A DNA stretch of 64,000 nucleotides from positions 4,402,001 to 4,466,000 of the forward strand of contig OZ024758.1 in the NCBI GenBank assembly GCA_964016885.1. The letters run 5' to 3'. The stretch's first letter is position 1, and each line of letters opens with the position of its first letter. Made by a program: the position numbers and the translations under genes. A model generated the notes under the pieces. That model did not search any database, had not been told where the DNA came from, and saw nothing but the letters and a program-made list of their open reading frames with translations. Of the stretch, positions 11,136 to 23,575 are shown piece after piece. This DNA is from Eledone cirrhosa (taxonomy: Eukaryota).

Positions 11136-11914
11136 TAACGTTATAGGGGGTCAACAAATTCCTTTGTTATTGCTGACTTCATAAAACTACACTTTCAGAC
11201 AACAATTTACGTTATAAAGATTTGCAAGTTGTTTGCAGTCTTCCCCTGTTCGCTTTCGCTGCTGTCGTAGAATCTTCACAAATTTACCCGACTACATTAT
11301 CATTATTACTATTACTATTATTAGTATTACTATTATTAGTATTACTATTATTATTATTGTTATTATTATTATTTGTATTATTGTTGTTATTTTTATTTTT
11401 ATTTTATTTTCTAATGATGCCATTTTTTCCGGGGTTTTTTTTTCCAATCGAAATCATTTTCTTTTTTCATCTATCCGTTCTTTCATTCTATCCTCCTATT
11501 TTTGTTTCTCTACGCTGCCGCATCATTATTTGTTCAATATTTACGTCTCCCTTCTCACATCTCCCTTCACTTTCTTCCCACTCTTTTTTCTTCTCTGTTT
11601 CTGCCCCAGCTTCTCTCTATCTCCTACATATATCTCAATCTACTTTCTACATATTTCATATTTTCTCTTCCCCAACAATCACTTCTATACAGCTTGCATT
11701 TATATTTCCTGTCTTAGCTTCCTATATTTTCATTACTTCTCTTTCCCCCAGCTTCAGCTTACACGGCTGTATTCAGCAACATCCAATAATGTGTTATCTC
11801 CCCTTCTATTCTTTCGAGAATAGATTTCAAGTAGAAAAGAAAAAATATTATATATATATATAATATAACATAAAATTGTATATTAAAAAGAGTTTGGGGA
11901 TAAATTATTCTTCA

Positions 11915-12360
11915 TCAAATTGATATATTCCGAAGTTTCCGAATCTGAATTGTAATCTGAAGGAATCTGTTCAAGAAACAATCTGGGAAATTGGCATATC
12001 TCCAAATATTACAATAGGACTGACCCTTTTTTACAATCTTATTATATTTGTTTGGCAGTCTGCCAGCATCTGTAAATTTGAAGGAAATTTTCGCGGTGTA
12101 TTGAAAAGATTCTTGGACAGGAAGTGTTTGGATGTAGTTATTTTCGTATGAGGTATCACATGCCACAGAGAACAGCCTTCAGATATCTATCATGATCAAT
12201 TCTTTTACAGTAAAGGGAGAAAAAATAATACAAATAATTGTTTTGAATAGATAGCTATCTGAAAATTTGAATATATTTATGTTGGAATACTTTAAAACCT
12301 GTAATATTACTTCATTAAATATCTCGATTCTATTTTCATCTAAATTAAGTGTAGAAAAAA
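11915..12360 (-). pseudogene. Decayed LRR (TLR-ectodomain-like) coding remnant
   Basis: ORF track 12179-12424 and 11915-12166: TLNLDENRIEIFNEVILQVLKYSNI..IFSPFTVKELIMIDI*..YENNYIQTLP..KYNKI; LRR spacing. Confidence 0.55.
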
Positions 12361-12657
12361 AAAATCTACAATCTAGTTTCATTTCAATTAATCGAAGTTT
12401 AATATATAAAAATATTCCATACAACTTCTATATTAGTCTATACATATATGTACGTACAGTTAAGTGGAAAAATAAAATTTCTTCGTATTCAGCTACAACT
12501 TACTATTTTCCACTTGATATATTCTGCGAGGTTAATTTTATTTTTCATCACTCCAACCAACGTTTATATCATAAAATAATGGATATCATTAAAAGTACTA
12601 CTAATGGTTACAAGATAGATATAATAGTTCATATATTGTTTATTCAAATATATATAT

Positions 12658-12690
12658 ATATTGGGTCGTCAAGTATGAAATTTGTAGAGA
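12658..12690 (+). mobile_element. Single mariner-type TIR, same family as 23318-23389
   Basis: TATTGGGTCGTCAAGTATGAAATTTGT. Confidence 0.6.
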
Positions 12691-12699
12691 TATAATTAG

Positions 12700-12754
12700 T
12701 TTTGCGAGGTTTTTGATATGAAATTATTACACAAATATGACCCTCCCCAAGTAT

Positions 12755-12758
<4 letters not shown>
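12700..12758 (+). mobile_element. 3' terminus of the Penelope-like family seen at 9156-9772
   Basis: ATATGACCCTCCCCAAGTATAACA directly followed by (TA)n. Confidence 0.7.
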
Positions 12759-12806
<48 letters not shown>

Positions 12807-13448
12807 AATATATATATGAATTGAAAGTTTGTTTCTTGCCCTCGCACAGCTGATACATAAATGTAGTTGTGCATACGTACACACATATATACATATATAT
12901 GTATGGGTTATATCGAATATTGATAATATTCGATTCGTTTGTAAACAAACGGCCCGATTAAAGCCGTGCCGATGACAAGTCGTCATCTGTTTGTTCAACA
13001 CTGGCATTGAGGAACAAAGATTTCTCTTTCTGCCAGGAGTTGCGACCGGTAGATAATATCAGTAATGGAGAGACCAATGGAAACATCGTTTCCTTTGTTC
13101 GATTTTACGAGCGAATGAGATCTGGGATCCAGTCGATCGATCAGAAAGAAAACCAATGATCAAAGAAATAAAACTAATCTTTGTTTGTATATTTCTTCAA
13201 TTTTAATTTCATTAGATTGACACCATTTTATAATTAACGTACAATTCTGAAATCACCACGCAACACCTGGATGTTCATCAACTGAAATCTATTAACAGAC
13301 AAATGTTGTTTATGTTTCATTCAATTGAGAAGAGGCAGGGGTCAGAGATGGGAGGGAGTAATCTATGATCAGCTAAACCACAGTAGAACTACGTCAATGA
13401 TGAAAGCAAAAGAACATAGCAAAATAAATCGTGTGCTGAAACAAATTT

Positions 13449-14054
13449 TGTTATATTTAGGGATGGTCATATTGTTATAATATTTCCAGAAATAATAATA
13501 GAACACAGTCACTGTAAATAAATAAATAAATAAAAGTGGCGTAGCCATTACAATACAACGAGGGGAAACAATAGTACTACTGATGAGGTCACAGATGTGT
13601 AACGAACGAACTTTGATAGACTATATGTGTGTGTATATATATATATATATGTGTGTGTGTATATATATTTTTAACCGTTGGTCAATCAATGATAAACATT
13701 CATTGCCAGATAAATTGACTATGGAAATATAAAAGATACTGGGAAAACCAACCCAAACAAAACAGTAAGTGTGTTCTATTATTTCTGGCATTAAGGGTGG
13801 TTGATTCGCACTATCGGTAGAGGGTCGGACGGCATGCTTTGCCGCATAGAGTTACGGCCCTTTATGATCCGAGTTCAAATACCGCCGAGGTTAACTTTGC
13901 CTTTCATCCTTACGGGGTCGATAAAATAATGCACCAGTCACGCACTAGGGTTAATTTAATTGAGTTTCCCCTCTCCCCCCAAAATTGTGCCTATATAAGA
14001 AACTATTATTATTTCTGGCAATATTATAACAATATGACACTCCCCAAGTATAAC
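13449..14054. mobile_element. Penelope-like element with inverted termini (~65 bp) and internal HHR (13576-13617); right terminus interrupted by a SINE
   Basis: Left TGTTATATTTAGGGATGGTCATATTGTTATAATATTTCCAGAAATAATA is the approximate reverse complement of right TATTATTTCTGGCAATATTATAACAATATGACACTCCCCAAGTATAAC; CTGATGAGGTCACAGATGTGTAACGAACGAACTTTGA is homologous to the 9306-9348 HHR. Confidence 0.7.
13791..14006 (+). mobile_element. SINE family 1 (long form) with 14-bp TSD
   Basis: TATTATTTCTGGCA at 13777-13790 and 14007-14020. Confidence 0.92.
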
Positions 14055-15264
14055 TGTATAACTATATATATATATATAAATCACTACCTCCTTATGGACA
14101 ACTGATGCTGCACTCCAGGTCCAAACACAGAAGAGCTGAAACTCCCAGTTATTGCAACCCCCTCTCTCTCTCTCTCGACACAAATGTTTTCTATCTATTT
14201 ATTCCTCATTAATTATCTTCATTCTTCAACTCTAATCTATACTTTTCTACTTCATATGTTTAATTTCAGCTGGAATTCATGGTTAGCCATTTATCTTCTC
14301 TCTATCATATTATTCTTTCTACTTTCAATTATATCTGCTAGCATTTCTATTTATTTTAAATAACTATTTGACCATCTGCGTACTTTTTCCATTTCTCAAT
14401 CTCATTTTTTCTCCATCACTTTGCCTGTCACCACCTCTCGAAATAATAACTATGTTGACTGCTTTAGAATTGCAGCTCATATATTATCGTAAGTTTCTTT
14501 TTCTTTTTCTTTTTTCCTGGGAATATATAAATGCTAGTTTCTCTATCTTTCTTTTCTACATGTTCCTTCCTATATTGCCACCACTCTCTCTCTCCCTCCC
14601 TCTCTATCTCTAATATACCTCGTTTTCTGTTCATATTATTATACATTAATCTACCTCCCAACTATACCTTAAGAACAATGAGCTCTTTACCTTTGTTGTT
14701 TTCCTTTCTAAATATTTTTGTTATAAAAGTTAATTTTCTAATTTAGCAAAAATATATATATAATTGCAATTTTGTTTTCAAATTTCCTACTCCTAACTCG
14801 CCATTTCTATTATCCTTTCGTAACGAGGCATCAATATTATATTTCTTCTTATATATTCCGTTCATCTTTACTAAAATATCTTCAATAATGTCTTATTTTC
14901 TACCGTTCTCTACAACACTCACGTGATTGATTCATTCAAAACTGAATAGTTGTAATTTATTTTAAATTGTTGTGTGTTTTTAATTATTTGTCTGAAAAGA
15001 TCGTTCGTATTCCCATATCTCCAATATGAGAGTATGAAGCAGAGATCCAACTTTGTGTTAACGTTGTAAGATGGTTAACCAGTGTATACTGCTATTCAAA
15101 ATAAAAATAATTAATTATATTATCAGTCGTTTTCTCTTGTTCGGGTACCTCAGCTAATTATACTGTAAAATCAAAACCGAATCACCAAAATAATATATTA
15201 GACAAAGTCATGATCACCAGATATGTTTCACCGATCCTCTCTATTCTTTCCTACTGGTACAAAG

Positions 15265-15445
15265 AAATAACTTTCTAATTTAGGCACAAGGCCAGAAATT
15301 TAAAGGGGATGAGAAAGTCGATTAAACGACCTCAGTGCATTACTGGTACTTTATTTTATCGACCCCGTAAGGATGAAAGGCAAAGCTAGCCTCCCGAGAT
15401 ATGAACTCAGAAAGTAAAAGGTCAAACCTCTATGCTGCAAAGCAG
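15265..15445 (-). mobile_element. SINE family 1 (long form)
   Basis: Tail, core and B-box present. Confidence 0.85.
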
Positions 15446-15854
15446 TAACAATAATAACAACAACAACAGTAGCAGCAACAAGAAGAACAGCAACATCAGC
15501 TACAGCAACAACGGCAACGACAGCAACAACAGAAGCAGTAATACACTGATGTCAATTTAATCAACTTGCCCTCCCCAGAAATTGTAGCCCTGTTCCTAAA
15601 TCAGAAACTAATCCTTTGCTACGTGCGGGCCCATTTTACGTTTCAACAAGGAATTATATTTTATTCTTTCATCTGTAAATGTCGAGGAAAAATGTACCAT
15701 TCAACGACTCGTCTGATTTTACTTAACCATTACCCACTCCTAAACCTGTGGCCTCTTCCTATGTTAATATTATTATATAAATAGGAGAAACTGGGTGAAA
15801 CTTTTCAGGGAGTCATATCAATCGTCTTGGATTGATAAAATATATATTAGTCAA

Positions 15855-16037
15855 ATAATAGTTTCTACTTTTAGCACAAGGCCAGAAATTACCCAGTACA
15901 TTACTGGTACTTTATTTTATCGACGCCGTAAGGATGAAAGGTAAAGTTATCATCGGCGAGATTTCAACTGTCCGTAAAGAGACATAACTGCTGGAAAGCA
16001 TGGCGTCCGACCATCTACCGATACTGCCAATCCACCC
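15855..16037 (-). mobile_element. SINE family 1 (short form), full length
   Basis: From tail TTTCTACTTTTAGCACAAGGCC to head GATACTGCCAATCCACCC. Confidence 0.9.
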
Positions 16038-16289
16038 AAATAATGGAGTCTATTTTGTCAACTATAAATATACACCAACTACCAGGGCTTGTGTGTATGT
16101 TAGAAACAATTGTTAATAGCAGCAATAGTCGAGGGGAAGCGGTGGTATAGTACAAGGTCTTGTGTTTATGTTGGTATGGTATGGTCCCGTAACTCCTGAT
16201 AGAATCGTAGCGGCACCGTATATCAGTACGGCATTTCTTGGACATTTAAAGCCTGTCGTAGCCCATCCCTCTCCAGTCCTGAACACTGC

Positions 16290-16477
16290 AGGTTTCTTCC
16301 AGTGATATAGAAGAAGAATCGACCCCAATAATACACTATTACTTTTTTATCAACCTCGAATGGATGAAAAGCAAAGTTGACCTCAGTGTGATTTGAACAC
16401 AGAGAGCAGAGACATACGCAATAAACACCATAAAGCATTCTATCCGACGTTCCAACGAATCTGCCAATTCACTGCCT
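16290..16477 (-). mobile_element. Older diverged SINE family 1 relative
   Basis: GGATGAAAAGCAAAGTTGACCTC..ATTTGAAC..TCTGCCAATTCACTGCCT; similar to 30858-31030 (+). Confidence 0.75.
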
Positions 16478-16749
16478 TTGTGTTTATGTTAGAAACAATT
16501 ATTAATACTAGCAATTGTCCAAGGAAAGCGGCGGTATTAGTATGTGTAGGAGGTTAGTAATTATTTAAAGCTATTCAAGATAATCACAACATTACAGGGT
16601 GAGACTGGCATGCATGTTTTATTGCCCAAGTGAACCGATAATTCTTCGTTTGTGTTATCATTGTATTAACTCTTGGGGATTGTGTTGTGTGAGAGAACTA
16701 CGTAGAAATAGGGAGATAAAACGATAATGGTTGTCAGTCCTGCAATGAG

Positions 16750-17225
16750 ACGGAGACAGCTGAAAACAGAGAGGAGGAAAGCGGGAGAGACAGAGAGATG
16801 GAGAGTGAGAGAGAGGGTGACAGATGGAAAGGGGGAGAGAAGGAGAGAGAGATCAAAATAGAGAGAAGAGGAGGGGTAAGAGAGGGAGAGACATGTGGAA
16901 ACAGAAAGAGGTGAGCGAGTGAGTAAGTGAGAGATAGAGAGAGAAACAGGGAGACAGCTGAAAACAGAGAGGAGAGAGGGAGAGAGAGAGACAGATAGAG
17001 AGGGAGAGGGAAAGAAGGGGAGAGAGGGAGAAAGAGATCAAAACAGAAAGGGGAAGAGGGGTAAGAGAGGGAGAGTCATGTGGAAACAGAGAAGGGTGAG
17101 TGGTTGAGTGAGAGATGCAGAGAGAGTGAAAAGGGGAGACAGCTGAAAACAGAGAGAGAGATAATAGTGAAAGAGAGAACGAGAGAGAAATATATAGAAA
17201 CAGAGAAGGACAGAGAGACATGAAA

Positions 17226-17261
<36 letters not shown>

Positions 17262-17280
17262 GAGAGAGAGTGAGTGAGAA
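16750..17280. repeat. GA-rich tandem duplication, ~190-bp period
   Basis: GGAGACAGCTGAAAACAGAGAG recurs at ~16752, 16950 and 17135; followed by a SINE1 3' fragment at 17279-17357. Confidence 0.8.
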
Positions 17281-17728
17281 ATAATTGTTTCTACTTTTGG
17301 CACAAGGCCAGCAAATTACCCAGTACATTACTGGTACTTTATTTTATCGACCCCGTATTGAGAGAGAGAAAGGGAGAGATGAAAACAGAGAGAGACGGAT
17401 ATAGAGAGGAGGGAGAGAGAGAGAGTAATTATTGATTTGAGTGAATGCCGTAGGCAACTTTACAGCTTTGAGAAGCTGTAATGAAAGAGGGAAAAATTGC
17501 AAGAGTGATAAGGGGACAGAGAAAGATGGTTTGATAAAAGGTAAAATTTAGGGAACACAACATGAAAAGACATAAAAGAGACAGAAAGGTTCAGAAAGAG
17601 ATTGTGGGGTTTCGTGCATGGGGAAGTTTAGCAGAACGACTTTAGAAACAGACCTGGAGCTGCACTGATTTCTGTCCTGGTGTTTTCCGTTAGATTAGTG
17701 ATGGAGTTGCTGGATTTGTTGATATATA

Positions 17729-17912
17729 CCATATTTCTCGGCATCAAAGACGCTACTTTTTTCCTAAAATAAGTCTCAAAAATCTACAATGCGTCCTCGA
17801 GGACGAAGCTTGTTTATTAATTTCTTCTTTTTTTTTTTTTTTTCAAATTTTCTGTTGTCAAAATCAGGGTGCGTCCTCGAGGACGAAGCGTCTTGGGCGC
17901 CAGGAAATAGAG
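17729..17912. mobile_element. Tc2/pogo-type non-autonomous DNA transposon (MITE)
   Basis: TA|CCATATTTCTCGGCATCAAAGACGC ... GCGTCTTGGGCGCCAGGAAATAG imperfect TIRs; internal TGCGTCCTCGAGGACGAAGC twice. Confidence 0.7.
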
Positions 17913-18688
17913 TGCTCAAAATACTTTGATGCAGATACTCACAATGTTATCTGTGGCCCTCGCAATAAAAATGCATTTACTGCCTGGTTCAAATCAATGT
18001 TCAAATCAATGTTCAAATCAATTTCAGGCGTGGTCAGCGTGTCTTTTCGTTATAGATATATAGTATTTAGTATGTAGAAATCTTGTGGGGGATATCTCCC
18101 ATCATTCATGTATCTAGAACAATGTTATCCAACGTTTCTTTTCGGTTTCAAGATGGCAAGGGTGTGATTTCCTATATAATTCGCTGCTATTTCTAGGAGA
18201 ACAAGAACTCTTGTAGGTGTTTCTTCTTTAGCTTGCACTAAAGTTAGTATATAATATATTAATTTGATTATCAATATTGTCAGACTTGATTTCATGAATA
18301 ATCTACAACTTTCAACCGTGCACAACACATAACAGATAATACGCAGTTTCACACAAATGATAGAACGTCAAATCCAATCGTTATGTTTCTACGCATACAA
18401 TAACTAAGATTACGTTTAAAATAAATCATGGTTATTTACACAGAGGCTAACGGCATTAACAAACAATACATTTAAGTTAGAGAGCATAAAACTCTAATGA
18501 AAAATAATTATACTGGATAGAAAATATAGCATTACTCATTCATTTCAATAATTTCGACAGGTACGTGAACCAACTTCAGATATAGTTTGGTTTTATTAAA
18601 CTAACTCGATGAAGTAGTTACCGACGTGTTGATGAAAAAATATCACTAACAACTTCAATTTCCAATTTAAGGAACAAGTTGAGTTGTC

Positions 18689-18884
18689 CAGTCCTTCCAA
18701 ACTTCAAAAACCCGAACGGAGAGTACCAGTAAAAAAAAAGGGGGGCCACAAAACGGGTAGAAATGAGGCAGAATGGGGAGATTTTTACATAATGAAATCT
18801 ATACCCATTTTCACAAGATATCTCTCACGCCACCTAAAGTGGCTGGGAGATCTCCCCGTCGGGCGAGGAGAGTTGACATGTCTG
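18689..18884 (-). mobile_element. ~195-bp MITE family (CAGACCTGTCAACTCT termini)
   Basis: Homologous to 62694-62890, 48691-48789 and 26297-26393. Confidence 0.75.
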
Positions 18885-19154
18885 CTTTTCGACTTCAAAC
18901 GTATGGCATCCATATCTATCCTTCTCACTGGTTTCTAAATTCAGACCTTTATCTATCTCTCCTCCTCCAAATTTACTCCAACCGCTTTCTTCAACTTGGA
19001 CGTGCTGGCAGTTCTTATTGTGTGATGGCTTTCAGGAAAAATCACATGGCATATACATATGTGTCCGTATGTGTATGTATGATAGTTATGTATACAAAAA
19101 CATATACGATATGAATATTTGTAGTATGTCTGTATGTATATAATAAAAGTCTAA

Positions 19155-19391
19155 AGTATGTCTTAAGCTAGAAGGCTTCATGGCGTGAAGCGGTTGAGAA
19201 TACAAGACTCTCCCCTGGACAGGACGCCAGTCCATCGCAGGGTTAAACCCTGGTACTCATTTCCAGCTGAGTATACTGGAGCAACGTGAAATGAAGTATT
19301 TTCCTAAAGAACACAATACGCAACCCAGGAATCGGACCCACGACATTATGATCGTAAGTCCAACACCCTTACCACTAGGCCACGTGTCTCC
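19155..19391 (-). mobile_element. CORE-type SINE (family 2, tail A)
   Basis: Minus strand: GTGGCCTAGTGGTAAGG (A-box), GGTCCGATTCC (B-box-like), CORE TTCATTTCACGTTGCTCCAGT.ACTCAGCTG, GCGATGGACTGGCGTCC. Confidence 0.85.
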
Positions 19392-20068
19392 GCGTATGTA
19401 TGATAGGTATGTATATAAAAGCATGTAAGATATAGATATTTATAGTTCAGGTGTCTCACTAGGAATTCTATAAGTTGTGATATTGTCATAGTGATATCAG
19501 TAACAGAGACGAATAACTTACTGCTCTTGCTAGATTTGTATTTATCCATGATGTAATTCACCCCTTGTTCTATCACGAGTATCAACAAAGTCTTATAGGA
19601 AATTGTGCATACGAAACATCACCTCGTGGTGTTTATTTGCCTATAGCGCTGAGTTAACCGGCTAGAATTAATTATAGGTAGCACACTAACATTACGTAGT
19701 TAACAATAGGGGTGTATTTGAAAGCATACACGATGTATGTACGTATAAAAGAATCTACGCTATGTTGATGCTACTATAAACTATTCCTCTAAAGAGTGTT
19801 TCATAAGACGGGCGTATATAAAACATAGCCGATATGTTTTATGTATAACATACACAGGATTATCTTGATATGAATGCTTTAAGCTGTGATATTCATAGAA
19901 TAACTCATATATATATTTTACATAAACATATCAAATATGCTTTAAATAGACATATATGCATATATATATATATGTATATATATATCTATATATATATAGG
20001 GTGCGTCCCCCAAAAGATGTATGCACACGTATATTAGAATGCTGTTGATATATGTATAGATTTCTTTC

Positions 20069-20108
<40 letters not shown>

Positions 20109-20162
20109 TCTCACACAATGGCGCGTTTGCGGCAAATATATAAAATCGGTGTCATTATTGCA

Positions 20163-20195
<33 letters not shown>

Positions 20196-21464
20196 ACATG
20201 CATAAGTTCAGATATTATTTCATATATACACATCCATACATACATACATACATACATACCTGCCTACCGACCTGCGTACATGCATAAATACATACATATC
20301 TACATGCATAAATACATATATAAATATATACACTCACACATATGCATATTAGCTGTATCTATATAAGAAAAGTATATCTTCACTAATCGATACATATGCA
20401 TGTACATTCATTCGCAAATTTTTATCGATTTCTCACTGTTGCTATACACACATCTCTACTCATCACTATAGCCAACAGTTTGTGTATATATTTCGTTAAA
20501 CATTTTTTCCTGGCCCATTTCCTACAAACATATCTTCTTCGATCAATTTACAAGGGGAATATTTATTGTCAACCTTCTTTTTTTCCCCATTTTTCATTCT
20601 TTTTTGTCTGTTTATATATTTTCTTTTCTTTTCTATTTATTTTCTTCTGAACTTTTATTCATTATTCATGCTAAATTTATTTCTTTTTCTACCATCAATG
20701 TTTTTCTTTATCTCCCAAGATATTTGCTTCTACAAACTGAAATTTTATTTAAAGAAGATATCATTTTCTGGATCAGCCAACATACCTTGGTTTAATTCGC
20801 TGTTGAACACGTCATCACAAATATCGTTCCTCCCCCTTTATTCACCTCATTCATTCTTTGTTATAGGTCTTTCCATTTGTTGCTTTAATGACACTATTTA
20901 ATTCATTAATAATCACTTTCCTTCCTACGTTTTCTCTTTCTTATTGTGTTGTTGAAATTTCCAATGAACTCCTGGTATCATCTCGTTCTAAACTAACTAA
21001 TTATAAAAGCATGAAATGTTTGAATCTAGTGAAATAATCTATAAATTTCCTGAGGTGATGTAGACGGTGAGGTAATTCTGGCGCCAGGAGTCACTTTTGT
21101 GGGAGACTCATTAGGTTCACTTAAGAAGTCGGAGACAAAAACAAAGCTGATGAGAGCGTCATCCGTTGCTATCAGAGATTATATTTGCCTTCTTTAGATC
21201 AACATAACTTGTTGATTTATAACAAATAATTCCAAAATACAAGGATTTAAATAAATATATTATCCCACACGGGGGAATTTTGCTGATTATTTGTATTTTT
21301 TACTTTTTATTATGACCAATATTTCGCTGTGAAGAAGATAATCAAACAAATGTCTTTACAGACTAAACAAAAAAATAGTGAATATTTAAAATGAATATAA
21401 CAAATTTTTTAATACTATAAAAACTCGTAGGAATCGTGAACACTCATACACACTCCCACCCACA

Positions 21465-21694
21465 ATATATATATATACACATGTACATATACATACAACA
21501 CAGACACATGTAAATATACATATAACACAGACACACATATATATGTACAGACACATATATATATACACATACAACACACACATATATATATGTACAGACA
21601 CATATATATATACACATACAACACACACATTTACAGACACATATATATACACATACAACACACACACACACACATATATACACATACAACACAA

Positions 21695-21734
<40 letters not shown>

Positions 21735-21827
21735 AACAAACACACACACACATATATATATACACATACAACACACACACACACATTTATATATATATAT
21801 ACACATGAAATACAGACGTATACACAC

Positions 21828-21877
<50 letters not shown>

Positions 21878-22298
21878 CTTATACATATGTACACATCCGT
21901 AGAAATACAGAGTACACACACACGCGTGTGTGTGTGCGCGTGTGTGTTTCTATTGATGTGTACATAACTATAACACACACACTAAAGCAAATGATATGAA
22001 TCTGCGAGAGCTGATAAAACATCATTGTTAGAAAATATAATTTTCAATTAGGACAATTGCAATTTCCCCATATCTAAAACCCATACGTATATTTGTTTAG
22101 TAGTACAATATTTCAGTAATTCTGTTATGAAACCCATGCTAGCAGAGCCAATATAAAGTGTTGTTTGTTAAAGATATTGATTCCCTCAGTTCAGCATCTT
22201 TTGTTTGTTTATGAGAAGTTGTCAAAACGATCAGACAGGAAAAAATAAATTTAAATATTTTGAGAATGTATTAAGGATAAAATCATGTATGTATATAT

Positions 22299-22337
<39 letters not shown>

Positions 22338-22518
22338 TATATACACACTACACACATATATACACATATATATATATATATACATACACACATATATATA
22401 TATACATACACACATATATATATATACATACACACATATATATATATATACATACACACATATATATATATATACATACACATATATATATGTATATAAA
22501 TGTATATATATGTGTGTG

Positions 22519-22570
<52 letters not shown>

Positions 22571-22743
22571 CGCATATATATTTACATGTATATATATATA
22601 TATAGACACACACACACACACATATATATACATGTATATATATATAGACACACACACACACATATATATACATGTATATATATATATATAGACACACACA
22701 CACACACACATATATATACATGTATATATATATCTATATATAG

Positions 22744-22781
<38 letters not shown>

Positions 22782-23005
22782 TTGTATATATATATCGACA
22801 CACGCACATATATATATATATTTGTATACATACATACAAGTATATATTTACATGTGTGTGTGTGTGTCGATGTATGTATATATATATATATACTTATATA
22901 TGTGAGTGTGCATCTGCGTATGTGTACATATATATATACATACATATATATATACATGCATGTGTGTGGACGTGTGCATCTGTGTATATGAATCTATATA
23001 TATAT
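21465..23005. repeat. (TA)n/(CA)n compound microsatellite blocks (21465-21876, 22286-23005)
   Basis: Direct inspection. Confidence 0.95.
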
Positions 23006-23240
23006 AACCCTGCACATACACGCTATAGGAAATAAATATAAAATTGTTCTATAAATCGGGTGAATAGTTCGAATGGCATCTAACGACACCTTGTCGTCAT
23101 GAAACGACATTTTATGTAAATAGTTCAGAACAAGTTCTCAACATTCGTATTTTTAGATTTATTTTACGTTCCTATTTATATATTTCTTTTTTAAAGACAC
23201 TTCCCTAAGTATGTGTGTACAGCTGTATACATTTGCAATG

Positions 23241-23283
<43 letters not shown>

Positions 23284-23317
23284 TATATATATACACACAC
23301 ACACATTCATACATATA

Positions 23318-23389
23318 TATTGGTCGTCAAGTATTAAATTTGTAAAAATCTGTTTCTGTTCCACAAATTTCATACGTGACGATCCAATA
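23318..23389. mobile_element. ~70-bp mariner-derived mini-MITE
   Basis: TATTGGTCGTCAAGTATTAAATTTGT...ACAAATTTCATACGTGACGATCCAATA, ~26-bp imperfect TIRs in TA context. Confidence 0.75.
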
Positions 23390-23475
23390 TATCCATACAT
23401 ATATATATATACATCCATATATATATATATACACACATATTTGCATACATACACACAAACATAGTTATGCATATA

Positions 23476-23575
23476 CATGGTGTCCTCAAAAATTGTATAC
23501 ACACTTCAACAGCATTCTAATAAACATTGCCTTTACAGGTAATGAAAATATGTATACAATTCTAGGGACACCCTG
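23476..23575. mobile_element. Tc1/mariner-type MITE with TA TSD
   Basis: TA|CATGGTGTCCTCAAAAATTGTATACA...TGTATACAATTCTAGGGACACCCTG|TA; relatives at ~19997-20060 and 25339-25619. Confidence 0.8.

Noticed and set aside
11222-11863. Hydrophobic 'membrane protein' ORFs (also 14.4, 20.5 and 32.1 kb)
   Set aside because: Derived from (ATT)n and T/C-rich low-complexity sequence
13449-14054. Ginger-like DNA transposon reading (TGTTA termini)
   Set aside because: The same terminus is the 3' end of the GIY-YIG/HHR element at 9156-9772, favouring inverted Penelope ends
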